DNA from: Candidatus Nitrospira inopinata | GTDB taxonomy: Bacteria; Nitrospirota; Nitrospiria; Nitrospirales; Nitrospiraceae | DNA length: 32,000 bases | Reading direction: 5' to 3' | NCBI RefSeq assembly: GCF_001458695.1 | Contig: NZ_LN885086.1 | Coordinates: 2,850,001-2,882,000 of the forward strand | In this document: in pieces, positions 16,908 through 24,050 of the stretch | Numbering within the stretch: position 1 is the stretch's first letter | How the letters are laid out: each line of letters opens with the position of its first letter | Notes under the pieces: generated by a model | The model's input: only the letters and a program-made list of their open reading frames with translations | Told to the model about the DNA's origin: nothing | Database searches by the model: none | Translations under genes and position numbers: made by a program

Positions 16908-17576
16908 TCAACTGTCCAGACGCCCATTAATCTGTTCTCGTCTCTGCCTCCCCCATCGCGGGAAGAAGGCGGGTGTGGTCTCCGCATAGCGATCATAGGC
17001 TTCGCCGAATTCCGCGCGGATTGGCTCCTCCTCTTTGTGCGCGAGACGGACATACATCGCCACGAGTACGGGGAACATGAACAATGTCGGAATGGTTGGC
17101 CATTGGAGGAGAAAACCCAGCATGATCACGATGAAGGCTACATACTGAGGATGTCTGATCCGGGCATAGGGTCCGGTCGTGGCGAGGGTCTGGCTTCGTT
17201 GCGCCCGATACAAGACTTCCCACGAGGCCGCCAGTAGAAAGAACCCTCCGAAGATCAGCACCTCGCTGAGAATGTGGAGTGGATCAACATGCGCATGACC
17301 TTCCATGCCTAAGAGGGTATGCCAGAGATGGCCGGTCTCATGGGCGTACAGGTTAACGTCAGGATATCGACTGCCCAACCATCCTGACAGCAGGTAGATG
17401 GTCAAGGGGAATCCATACATCTCCGCAAACAGAGCTACGATAAACGCCGAGAAGGCACCCAAGGATCGCCAATCGCGTGTCGTCCGCGGCCGCGTGAAGC
17501 TGAACGCGAAGAGGATAAACACCAGCGAGTTGATGATCACCAACGACCACAACCCATAAGCCGATCCTTCATCCAT
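16908..17576 (-). CDS. Isoprenylcysteine carboxyl methyltransferase (ICMT)/PEMT-family membrane methyltransferase (CzcN-like)
   Basis: Multi-TM protein with the TTGPYARIRHPQYVAFIVIMLG motif. The preferred start ATG 17576 overlaps the DUF2933 stop by 8 nt (ATGGATGA). The track ORF extends to 17723. Confidence 0.75.
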   Translation of the reverse strand: MDEGSAYGLWSLVIINSLVFILFAFSFTRPRTTRDWRSLGAFSAFIVALFAEMYGFPLTIYLLSGWLGSRYPDVNLYAHETGHLWHTLLGMEGHAHVDPLHILSEVLIFGGFFLLAASWEVLYRAQRSQTLATTGPYARIRHPQYVAFIVIMLGFLLQWPTIPTLFMFPVLVAMYVRLAHKEEEPIRAEFGEAYDRYAETTPAFFPRWGRQRREQINGRLDS

Positions 17577-17802
17577 GGGAATGGCCTCCGGTGTCGGCCT
17601 GTGAGTCGGGCTGCTTCCCGCCTTGCGGAGAATCCGAGTCATGACCACGATGTCGCCTGTGCAGGAGGAGATGGAACAACGGACAGGCAAAAAGGAGAAG
17701 ATAGGGGAGGATTCCGAACACATGCGCCCGGTGTTCGGTCAAGAGAAAAAATCCCAGGACAGCGAGAAACGCATAGAGAACGAGCCGTCGTAGGTTATTC
17801 AT
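17569..17802 (-). CDS. DUF2933-like small membrane protein with His-rich tail
   Basis: MNNLRRLVLYAFLAVLGFFLLTEH...LLFACPLFHLLLHRRHRGHDSD...GGHSHG. The CP(L)xH plus His-rich C-terminus matches my recollection of DUF2933. GTGAGG lies 8 nt upstream of ATG 17802. Confidence 0.6.
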   Translation of the reverse strand: MNNLRRLVLYAFLAVLGFFLLTEHRAHVFGILPYLLLFACPLFHLLLHRRHRGHDSDSPQGGKQPDSQADTGGHSHG

Positions 17803-17852
17803 CGAAATGGACCTCACTTGCACCGGTGGACCATTGACACTTGCATGTGCTC

Positions 17853-19685
17853 TTACACATAGGCATTAGCGGCATACTGCTGGACCATGCGGTGGGTGTT
17901 GAAGAATGACGCGTTGAATGCGATCGTATGCCGCATCACGTCGATCCAACGATCCCGCGATTGGTAGTACATCGGCAGGATCGTCCAACGCAGCTTCTGA
18001 TACAGCTCGCGCGCATCCTCCTGCTGATCGGTCCCTTGGCTCATCACCCGTGAGCCGATCGACCAACCGGTGACGCCTTCAATGTGGCCCTCCAGCCACC
18101 ATCCGTCCAGGACGCTAAGACTCGGCACGCCGTTGTGCGCCGCCTTCATGCCGGACGTCCCCGACGCTTCGAGCGGCCGCTGGGGCGTGTTGAGCCACAG
18201 ATCCACGCCGGCAGTCAGGAGCCGAGCGAGGGTCATGTCGTAGTTGTCGAGATAGTGAATCGTCACATCCGGATCGAGCTGCTTGGCCGCTTGCACGATC
18301 CGCCGGATCATGTCCTTGCCGGGCTCATCCTTGGGGTGCGCCTTGCCGGCGAATATGATCTGCAGCGGTCCTGCCTTCTTGGCTACGTCGATCAATTCAC
18401 GAGGCGCCGACACAATCAAATCGGCCCGCTTATATACGGTCGCACGGCGGGCAAACCCGATCGTGAAGGCATCCAGGCTCAACTGCTGCTGCGTGCGCTG
18501 TCTCACCTCTTCGAGCAGCCGCGCCTTGGCCTTGCTATGCGCGTCCCAGATCCCCTGATTTGGGATACTGATCGTGTAGCGCAGAGAGAACGGATCGGTT
18601 CGCCAACCTGGAATCGACCGATCGTAAAGATCCTGGAAGCTCTCGCAGGTCCAGGTGACTGAATGGACGCCGTTCGTGATCGAATCGATGACATGCGCGG
18701 GAAACATCTGTTGCGAGACTTCGCCATGCCGCTTCGCTACGCCATTGACATAGGTGCTCATGTTGAAGCCCAGGAGCGTCATGTTGAGGCGGTCCTCCCC
18801 ACCTAGCATCTGTAAGACTTCCAACGGTAGTAGGTCCCCCATGACCCGACCCACAAGGTCATACGCGAATTGATCGTGCCCGGCCGGAACCGGCGTATGG
18901 GTGGTAAAGACGCAGCGACGTCTCACCGCAGGGAAGTCCCACTCTGTGGAACCGGCCGGAGTCGACTCGCGCAGGAGCTGGAGCGTCAAGAAAGCGGCAT
19001 GCCCTTCATTCATATGGAATCGTTCTACCGCGGAATACCCAAGAGCCTGGAGCATTCGGATGCCGCCGATGCCCAGGATGATTTCTTGCGCGAGCCGGTA
19101 GCGGTCATCCCCTCCGTAGAGCCACAAGCTCAGCTCTCGGTCTTGCTGGGCATTGTCCGGGCGATTGGCATCCAACAAGAGCACTGGCACCCGGCCGCCT
19201 GTGACACCGACGAGATCGTATTGCCAAGCCTGGACGATCACGGTCCGTGCTTCGATAGTCACTGCCACTGTGGCTGGGAGGAGGTGAAGTCGGCCTCTCG
19301 GCTCCCAAGACACTGGCTGCTCGTGCTGGTTGCCCCACTCGTCCAGCTTCTGCTCAAAATATCCGTTCCAGTACAGGAGGCTAACTCCGACGGCTGGAAT
19401 TTTGAGATCGGCAAACGATCGCAGCGTATCTCCCGCCAGGACTCCCAACCCTCCGCTGTAGGTGGGCATGGCAGGATCAAGCGCCACTTCCATCGTAAAG
19501 TACGCCACACGTCGGGTGGAGGAGCCGTCCGTCCCTGCTGGCTCGAGCGGGCTCAGGTATCTCTCCGGATCGGTGAGGAAAGAGCGCCGGCACAGCTCAG
19601 AACAGAAGTAGAGCGTCCGGTCTCCATAGGTTGTAGACGACGCCTGTTCTCGGAAGACGGTCATGCCACAGACCGGATCTTTCAT
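17853..19685 (-). CDS. YHS-domain :: alpha-glucan phosphorylase (GT35, GlgP-family) fusion protein
   Basis: From ATG 19685: MKDPVCGMTVFREQASSTTYGDRTLYFCSELCRRSFLTDPERYL (YHS). The same frame continues into VAYFTMEVAL...YSGGLGVLAGDTLRSFADL...EASGTSGMKAAHNGV (PLP Lys motif). The start overlaps the upstream gene's stop (ATGA). The track ORF extends to 19847. Confidence 0.85.
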   Translation of the reverse strand: MKDPVCGMTVFREQASSTTYGDRTLYFCSELCRRSFLTDPERYLSPLEPAGTDGSSTRRVAYFTMEVALDPAMPTYSGGLGVLAGDTLRSFADLKIPAVGVSLLYWNGYFEQKLDEWGNQHEQPVSWEPRGRLHLLPATVAVTIEARTVIVQAWQYDLVGVTGGRVPVLLLDANRPDNAQQDRELSLWLYGGDDRYRLAQEIILGIGGIRMLQALGYSAVERFHMNEGHAAFLTLQLLRESTPAGSTEWDFPAVRRRCVFTTHTPVPAGHDQFAYDLVGRVMGDLLPLEVLQMLGGEDRLNMTLLGFNMSTYVNGVAKRHGEVSQQMFPAHVIDSITNGVHSVTWTCESFQDLYDRSIPGWRTDPFSLRYTISIPNQGIWDAHSKAKARLLEEVRQRTQQQLSLDAFTIGFARRATVYKRADLIVSAPRELIDVAKKAGPLQIIFAGKAHPKDEPGKDMIRRIVQAAKQLDPDVTIHYLDNYDMTLARLLTAGVDLWLNTPQRPLEASGTSGMKAAHNGVPSLSVLDGWWLEGHIEGVTGWSIGSRVMSQGTDQQEDARELYQKLRWTILPMYYQSRDRWIDVMRHTIAFNASFFNTHRMVQQYAANAYV

Positions 19686-20134
19686 ACGATATTCCCCATC
19701 TTGCGGTGCCACCACGCCAGCAGAGCAAAAATCAGCGGCGGCAGCACCAGCATCTGCGCCAGCGGAGCCAACCCGATGTTCAACCCCGGCACGAGAGGCA
19801 TACGCGGGCTGTAGGCCCACCAATGTGCGCCATAGATCGTGATCCACTCGACAGTGACGCTGATGACCGCTCCCGACAGCAGCAGTACGGCATAGCCTCG
19901 CGCTCCCGGCCGGAGATACCAGTCACGCTGTCCGATCACCAGCCAGCCGATCCGAAAGAGCAGGAGAACCACCAGGCCGTCCGCAACACTTGCCGCCGTA
20001 CACATCCACCACTCAACCTCTGCCTCGCCAGGCATGACATACAGACTGGACTGGGCCCGTTCCCAAGGATGGTTGACCACCACGGCAAGACCGAAAAGAA
20101 CGGTGAGCCGTTGATGGAGCAAGTGGCTCCACAT
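19682..20134 (-). CDS. Hypothetical ~4-TM membrane protein
   Basis: 150 aa from ATG 20134, preceded by GGAGG with a 7-nt spacer. It is Trp-rich and hydrophobic. The stop is coupled to the YHS::phosphorylase start. Confidence 0.6.
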   Translation of the reverse strand: MWSHLLHQRLTVLFGLAVVVNHPWERAQSSLYVMPGEAEVEWWMCTAASVADGLVVLLLFRIGWLVIGQRDWYLRPGARGYAVLLLSGAVISVTVEWITIYGAHWWAYSPRMPLVPGLNIGLAPLAQMLVLPPLIFALLAWWHRKMGNIV

Positions 20135-20186
20135 CACGCTGCCTCCGAGGGACTTGCGTCGTCGATTGAACAAGCGACGCTCACAT

Positions 20187-20876
20187 TCATGATGTCCGGT
20201 TTCCTCTTTCATTACCGGCCACTCCTACCTCTGGTTTGACCGCACGAATGAGAACGAGCGTCCCGAACGCGGTCGTGTAGCGGCCTGTTTCCTCCACGTG
20301 AGTAAATCCCGCTTCGCGAATCAGCCCCGGCACCATTCCTTTCACGTGCTCGTAGGCTTCTTCCAACCAACGCACGATGAGCGAGACACAGGCCATCAGA
20401 GCTGTATGGAGTTTCCCAAAATCCGCGATGTGCAACTCCCCGCTCGGTTTGAGTACACGGAAGGTTTCAGCCAGCGCGCGGCGCTTGTCCTCCAGAGTCA
20501 GATGGTGCAAGAGCAGACTCGCGACGACACGGTCAAAGGAACGATCTGGATATGGCAGTTGATAGGCCATCCCCTCGTCGAACGAGATATCGACGCCCGC
20601 CTCAGCGGCTTTCTCCCGAGCGCGTGCCAACACCACCGGGTCGCCGTCGATTCCCGCAACCGTAGATTGAGGCTGACGCTGCTTGAGCAGAATCGTGAGC
20701 GTGGCGGTCCCACAGCCGAGATCCAGCACCCGGTGACCCGGCTGCATCCCTACCTGTTCAACCAAACGAGGCTTAAACAGGTCCTCCCGCATGGTCCAGC
20801 GGATGACGGGATCGTACAAGCCAGTCAGCCAACCAAACCTCAGCGCAGGGATATACTGGTGACGCGTCTCGTCCAT
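20187..20876 (-). CDS. Class I SAM-dependent methyltransferase
   Basis: VLDLGCGTATLT (motif I) and RVLKPSGELHIADF indicate a Methyltransf_11/UbiE-like fold. Substrate unknown. Confidence 0.8.
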   Translation of the reverse strand: MDETRHQYIPALRFGWLTGLYDPVIRWTMREDLFKPRLVEQVGMQPGHRVLDLGCGTATLTILLKQRQPQSTVAGIDGDPVVLARAREKAAEAGVDISFDEGMAYQLPYPDRSFDRVVASLLLHHLTLEDKRRALAETFRVLKPSGELHIADFGKLHTALMACVSLIVRWLEEAYEHVKGMVPGLIREAGFTHVEETGRYTTAFGTLVLIRAVKPEVGVAGNERGNRTS

Positions 20877-21018
20877 CGTCAGTTCTCCGCCACTGAGTGG
20901 ACATCGTTCGTGACGACATCAACGGCATGCGCACGAGACATCTCCCACGTGGCTTCGCCATGCCGTTTGGCAACACCTCCGGTGCCGGTCCCGAAGAACC
21001 TAGCGGCCAGAAGAACAG

Positions 21019-21234
21019 TCACGCCTGTACAGTCGGCAACGCAAGAATCTCTCGCTCCGCATCAACCCAATCTTCCACATCACACCCCGGCCTGCAGCCT
21101 CGTTCGAGGTAGAGCTCGTAAGCCCGCTTCGCAATCCGCTCACGAAGGTCATCGGACATGATCTGTTCGGGGATAGCAGCCTGTGCGGTATCAGCCTTGT
21201 CGTTGTGCGGTTTCTTCACATGCTGCGGTTTCAT
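21019..21234 (-). CDS. DUF2934 family protein
   Basis: 71 aa. RERIAKRAYELYLERGCRPGCDVEDWVDAEREI is the characteristic DUF2934 motif. SD AAGGAGGGAG precedes the start. Confidence 0.75.
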   Translation of the reverse strand: MKPQHVKKPHNDKADTAQAAIPEQIMSDDLRERIAKRAYELYLERGCRPGCDVEDWVDAEREILALPTVQA

Positions 21235-21413
21235 GCTCCCTCCTTTTTCGGTCTCACAGATGAAATCCTTCCAGGTCCTGCGAGCTGGTGAATGCGCAAT
21301 AGAACCTCATCGCCCTGGTGCTTCCGTGCCTGTCTGCCGACGCGGGTGAAGCAGGCTGGTCGCGGAACAATTCGAGAAACTCAACATCCACAGAGGGATC
21401 ATCCTGGCTCCCA

Positions 21414-21752
21414 TCAAGGAATGGCCGACTCTTGTTCGCGATGCAGCTTGGCGAGAGCCTCCGCTTCTTCGGCGGCTTTCGTGTAAGCGTGCATAAAGTC
21501 GCGGCAATGCCTGAGCAGCTCTCCTTTGGACTCTTTTGGAGAGAGCGGATAGGCGTGGAGCGCGTATCGATCACCCATCTGACGCATCTCCTCTGCCTTT
21601 CCTCGTAGGCGCACGGCCTCCTGCTCATACCAGGCCGCCAGTCCACTGTGATCGTTGCGTTCAATGAGTTCGCGTGGTGGGCCCGTCGAACAGGCCATGA
21701 CCGCCACGACGAACAACAGGACGAACCACGACAGCTGCCGCGAGATCTTCAT
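21414..21752 (-). CDS. Small exported protein, probable lipoprotein (paralog of 21890..22228), unknown family
   Basis: From ATG 21752 (SD GAAGGAAGGAAG): MKISRQLSWFVLLFVVAVMAC (lipobox-like), then NDHSGLAAWYEQEA...LLRHCRDFMHAY...EALAKLH. Confidence 0.65.
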   Translation of the reverse strand: MKISRQLSWFVLLFVVAVMACSTGPPRELIERNDHSGLAAWYEQEAVRLRGKAEEMRQMGDRYALHAYPLSPKESKGELLRHCRDFMHAYTKAAEEAEALAKLHREQESAIP

Positions 21753-21790
21753 AGACGCTTCCTTCCTTCGAATAGGGAGGACCCAGAGCA

Positions 21791-21840
21791 CCGCCGAGGC
21801 GTCTCTTCGCATACGTTTTGAATACAGATCGCCTCGGCAG
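21791..21840 (-). other. Intercistronic RNA stem-loop between the two paralogs
   Basis: On the minus-strand RNA, CUGCCGAGGCG, a 28-nt loop, then CGCCUCGGCGG. This is an 11-bp stem that includes one G-U pair. Confidence 0.4.
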
Positions 21841-21889
21841 TGCTCCCTGCTCGGCTCCTCTCGAACAGAGACTTGAACTGCGTCGCTGT

Positions 21890-22228
21890 CTACGGGCCCT
21901 TGCGCGTCAGACTCAAGTGTTCACTCGCCAAGGCTGCGGCCTCGTCGGCCATCTTTCTGTAGTTGCGAGCGATTTGACGGCAGTGCGCCGCCTCGTCGGC
22001 GATGTCGCTCGACTTATAGAGCTCTGGGTGATGCTCATAGGATTCCGCGGTATTGTCCCAGAACCGCACCTTCGCCTTGAAATCCTGCGCCTGATCGGCA
22101 TAGTACATCGCGAGTGCCTGATGATCCCCCTTGGCAATCCCAGGCTCAGGCCCTGTCGCGGCCAAGCTTGGCATGGCGAAGACCAACAAGAGGACGATGA
22201 ATGGAAGCCCCCTCATAACCTGTCGCAT
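21890..22228 (-). CDS. Small exported protein (paralog of 21414..21752), unknown family
   Basis: From ATG 22228 (SD GAAGGAGGG): MRQVMRGLPFIVLLLVFAMPSLAA signal peptide, then GDHQALAMYYADQA...AAHCRQIARNY...AALASEH. Confidence 0.65.
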   Translation of the reverse strand: MRQVMRGLPFIVLLLVFAMPSLAATGPEPGIAKGDHQALAMYYADQAQDFKAKVRFWDNTAESYEHHPELYKSSDIADEAAHCRQIARNYRKMADEAAALASEHLSLTRKGP

Positions 22229-22298
22229 CGTAATCCCTCCTTCTATTGTTGGCAGTGACCCATTCACTGCCTCTGTTGAGAACACACGTGAAAGACGA

Positions 22299-22490
22299 TT
22301 AGGTGCTCTTGAGATCTGGACCTCCCCGTATTGACAACGCAGCCGCAACAATGATGTAGGCTACGACCGGAATCGCCCACAGGATATTGGTGGTGTCAGC
22401 CGACAGAAACAACCATATCGGCTCATGAATGATGAGAAAGATCCCCAGCATCAGAAATCCGACCCAATTGGACCAACGCATGCCCATCAT
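22299..22490 (-). CDS. Small 2-TM membrane protein, unknown family (paralog of 9973..10194)
   Basis: 63 aa: MMGMRWSNWVGFLMLGIFLIIHEPIWLFLSADTTNILWAIPVVAYIIVAAALSIRGGPDLKST. It has the same AAAGGAG ... ATGATGGGCATGCGTTGG start context as copy 1. Confidence 0.7.
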   Translation of the reverse strand: MMGMRWSNWVGFLMLGIFLIIHEPIWLFLSADTTNILWAIPVVAYIIVAAALSIRGGPDLKST

Positions 22491-22640
22491 GAGCTCCTTT
22501 CATTCACCGAGCCCATCTCGTATTGAGCTATCGTTCATGTGGAGTACGGGCCTGCCTAGTTGAAAGGCAAGGCAACCGCTGTGCCGCATCGTGAGAGTCA
22601 TACACTCAATACCGATGGGTGGGCTTGGTTGATATTTAAC

Positions 22641-23184
22641 CTGACAGACAACACACTGCCGGAGCACACGCATTATTCTTCTCCTATGATTTCTATCCGG
22701 CTTCGCTGTTTCACGGCCGTGAGCTGACGTCGCTCCGACATGATTCCTTCGGGGGATGTCTTGACTTGATGCGCCTTCACGCGTTTCTGTCTCGTCTCCA
22801 GATCATGCCGGAGCCACACGCACCGGACGCCGGCCGGTGAAATGGCGACCCCTTGCTTGTGGAGTTCATTGGCCACGCGGACCGGCCCCCAAACGGGCTG
22901 ATCGATGGCCATCTGCACGATGGCGTGCTCGGTGGCGGATGACACCCGATTCTTCAAGAGTGGTTTCTTTCTTGAAATTTCTTGAAGCGCCGTTTCGCCG
23001 CCGTTCTCGTAGAGTCGCTTGAATCGATAGAAGCTATCTCGGCTATAGCCCATCAGCTGGCAAGCCTTTGACACATTGCCCAGTTGCTTCGCCAGTTCCA
23101 ACAACTTCAACTTCATCCTGATGAGCTTCTGCTCCGCCATCATGACTGCCACCCATGTGGGAAAATGCGCGGCCTGTCTGTCAG
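22641..23184 (-). mobile_element. Internally deleted IS remnant (candidate 10-bp terminal inverted repeats around a truncated transposase ORF)
   Basis: CTGACAGACA occurs at 22641-22650, and its reverse complement TGTCTGTCAG at 23175-23184. These flank ORF 22673..23152 by 22 nt on each side. Confidence 0.45.
22673..23152 (-). pseudogene. Truncated IS481-like transposase (N-terminal HTH part only, no DDE/integrase core)
   Basis: [56 protein letters not shown]...[37 protein letters not shown] matches, from memory, the N-terminus of an IS481-family transposase lineage. The ORF ends after 159 aa, before the catalytic domain would begin. Confidence 0.6.
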
Positions 23185-23444
23185 ATGAAATTCTTGCTCA
23201 TGTACTCGACTGTCCGATCGGATGCTGACCGACCCTCTCTCTCGCTGTTGAAGCCTGGTGGCAAGAAGGGACAGTGGACTCATCTGGCCGTTGCGTAATG
23301 CCACAATAGGCAATCGGGCAAAGCCTTTTGGGCAATGATACGGTCGCATAGAACGCCTCCCCCTGTTGGGGATAGGGTGCTTGACTGCTATACGGAGAAG
23401 ACGGAATTGTGCTCAGAGCATTACAGTTCGCATAAACACATCAT

Positions 23445-24050
23445 TCAAACGTGTCTATTTCCTTTGTGAGCACATTCACAGTTCATAAAGCCCTGTTCAC
23501 ACCCCTCACATGAGGCGAGGAAGACCTTCCGTAGAGCCTGTCTGGCCCTATGCAGGCGTACCCGTACTAGATTGGTGGTGATGCCCAAGGCCTCCGCCAC
23601 CTTTCCGCGTGAATCATCGCTGAGATCGACCCGCTGCAACACCTCGGCATACTCGGGTTTGAGCATGGGGAGGAGTTGATAAAAGCACTTGCATACTGAC
23701 TCCGTATCGACATTGGATTCGTGTGATGACTCGGGGTGAGTGTGGGCATATTCTCCCTCACCGTGACGTCTGGCCCTTTCGCCACGATAAAAATCTGCCA
23801 GCGTGCTGTTCAGCACTCGAAACAGCCATGGCACAATGCTCTCTTGCTGTTTGATCTCTGAGGCTTTGCTGAGAGCTCGGAGATAGAACTGCTGAAGCAC
23901 TTCCTCCGCAGTCTCCGCGCTCCTCATACGCCGGGCGAGAACGCGAAGGAACACTTGCCGATTCTCTACGAGCGCCATTGCGACATCGACGCTCATGGGA
24001 TTGCTGGAGTTGGGCGATGCTGGCTTGGAAAGCACCGTTGAGAACGTCAT
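23445..24050 (-). CDS. ECF sigma factor with linker CxC and C-terminal Cys-rich extension (CorE-like)
   Basis: Sigma-2 region: EEVLQQFYLRAL...WLFRVLNSTLADFYR. Sigma-4 region: EVLQRVDLSDDSRGKVAEALGITTNLVRVRLHRARQAL. A CKC motif sits in the linker, and the tail is SCEGCEQGFMNCECAHKG. ATG 24050 overlaps the cusA TGA (ATGA). The track ORF extension to 24452 lies inside cusA. Confidence 0.75.
   Translation of the reverse strand: MTFSTVLSKPASPNSSNPMSVDVAMALVENRQVFLRVLARRMRSAETAEEVLQQFYLRALSKASEIKQQESIVPWLFRVLNSTLADFYRGERARRHGEGEYAHTHPESSHESNVDTESVCKCFYQLLPMLKPEYAEVLQRVDLSDDSRGKVAEALGITTNLVRVRLHRARQALRKVFLASCEGCEQGFMNCECAHKGNRHV

Noticed and set aside
21235-21413. Possible small gene in the 180-nt gap between the lipoprotein paralog and DUF2934 (track ORFs 21254..21664 and 21307..21507, minus strand).
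   Set aside because: Both ORFs mostly overlap the well-supported lipoprotein gene out of frame. The part unique to the gap is short, Arg/Ser-rich and lacks an SD.
23140-23349. 69-aa minus-strand ORF between the sigma gene and the IS remnant.
   Set aside because: It spans the candidate IS inverted repeat and has neither an SD nor a motif. It is likely non-coding debris at the insertion seam.
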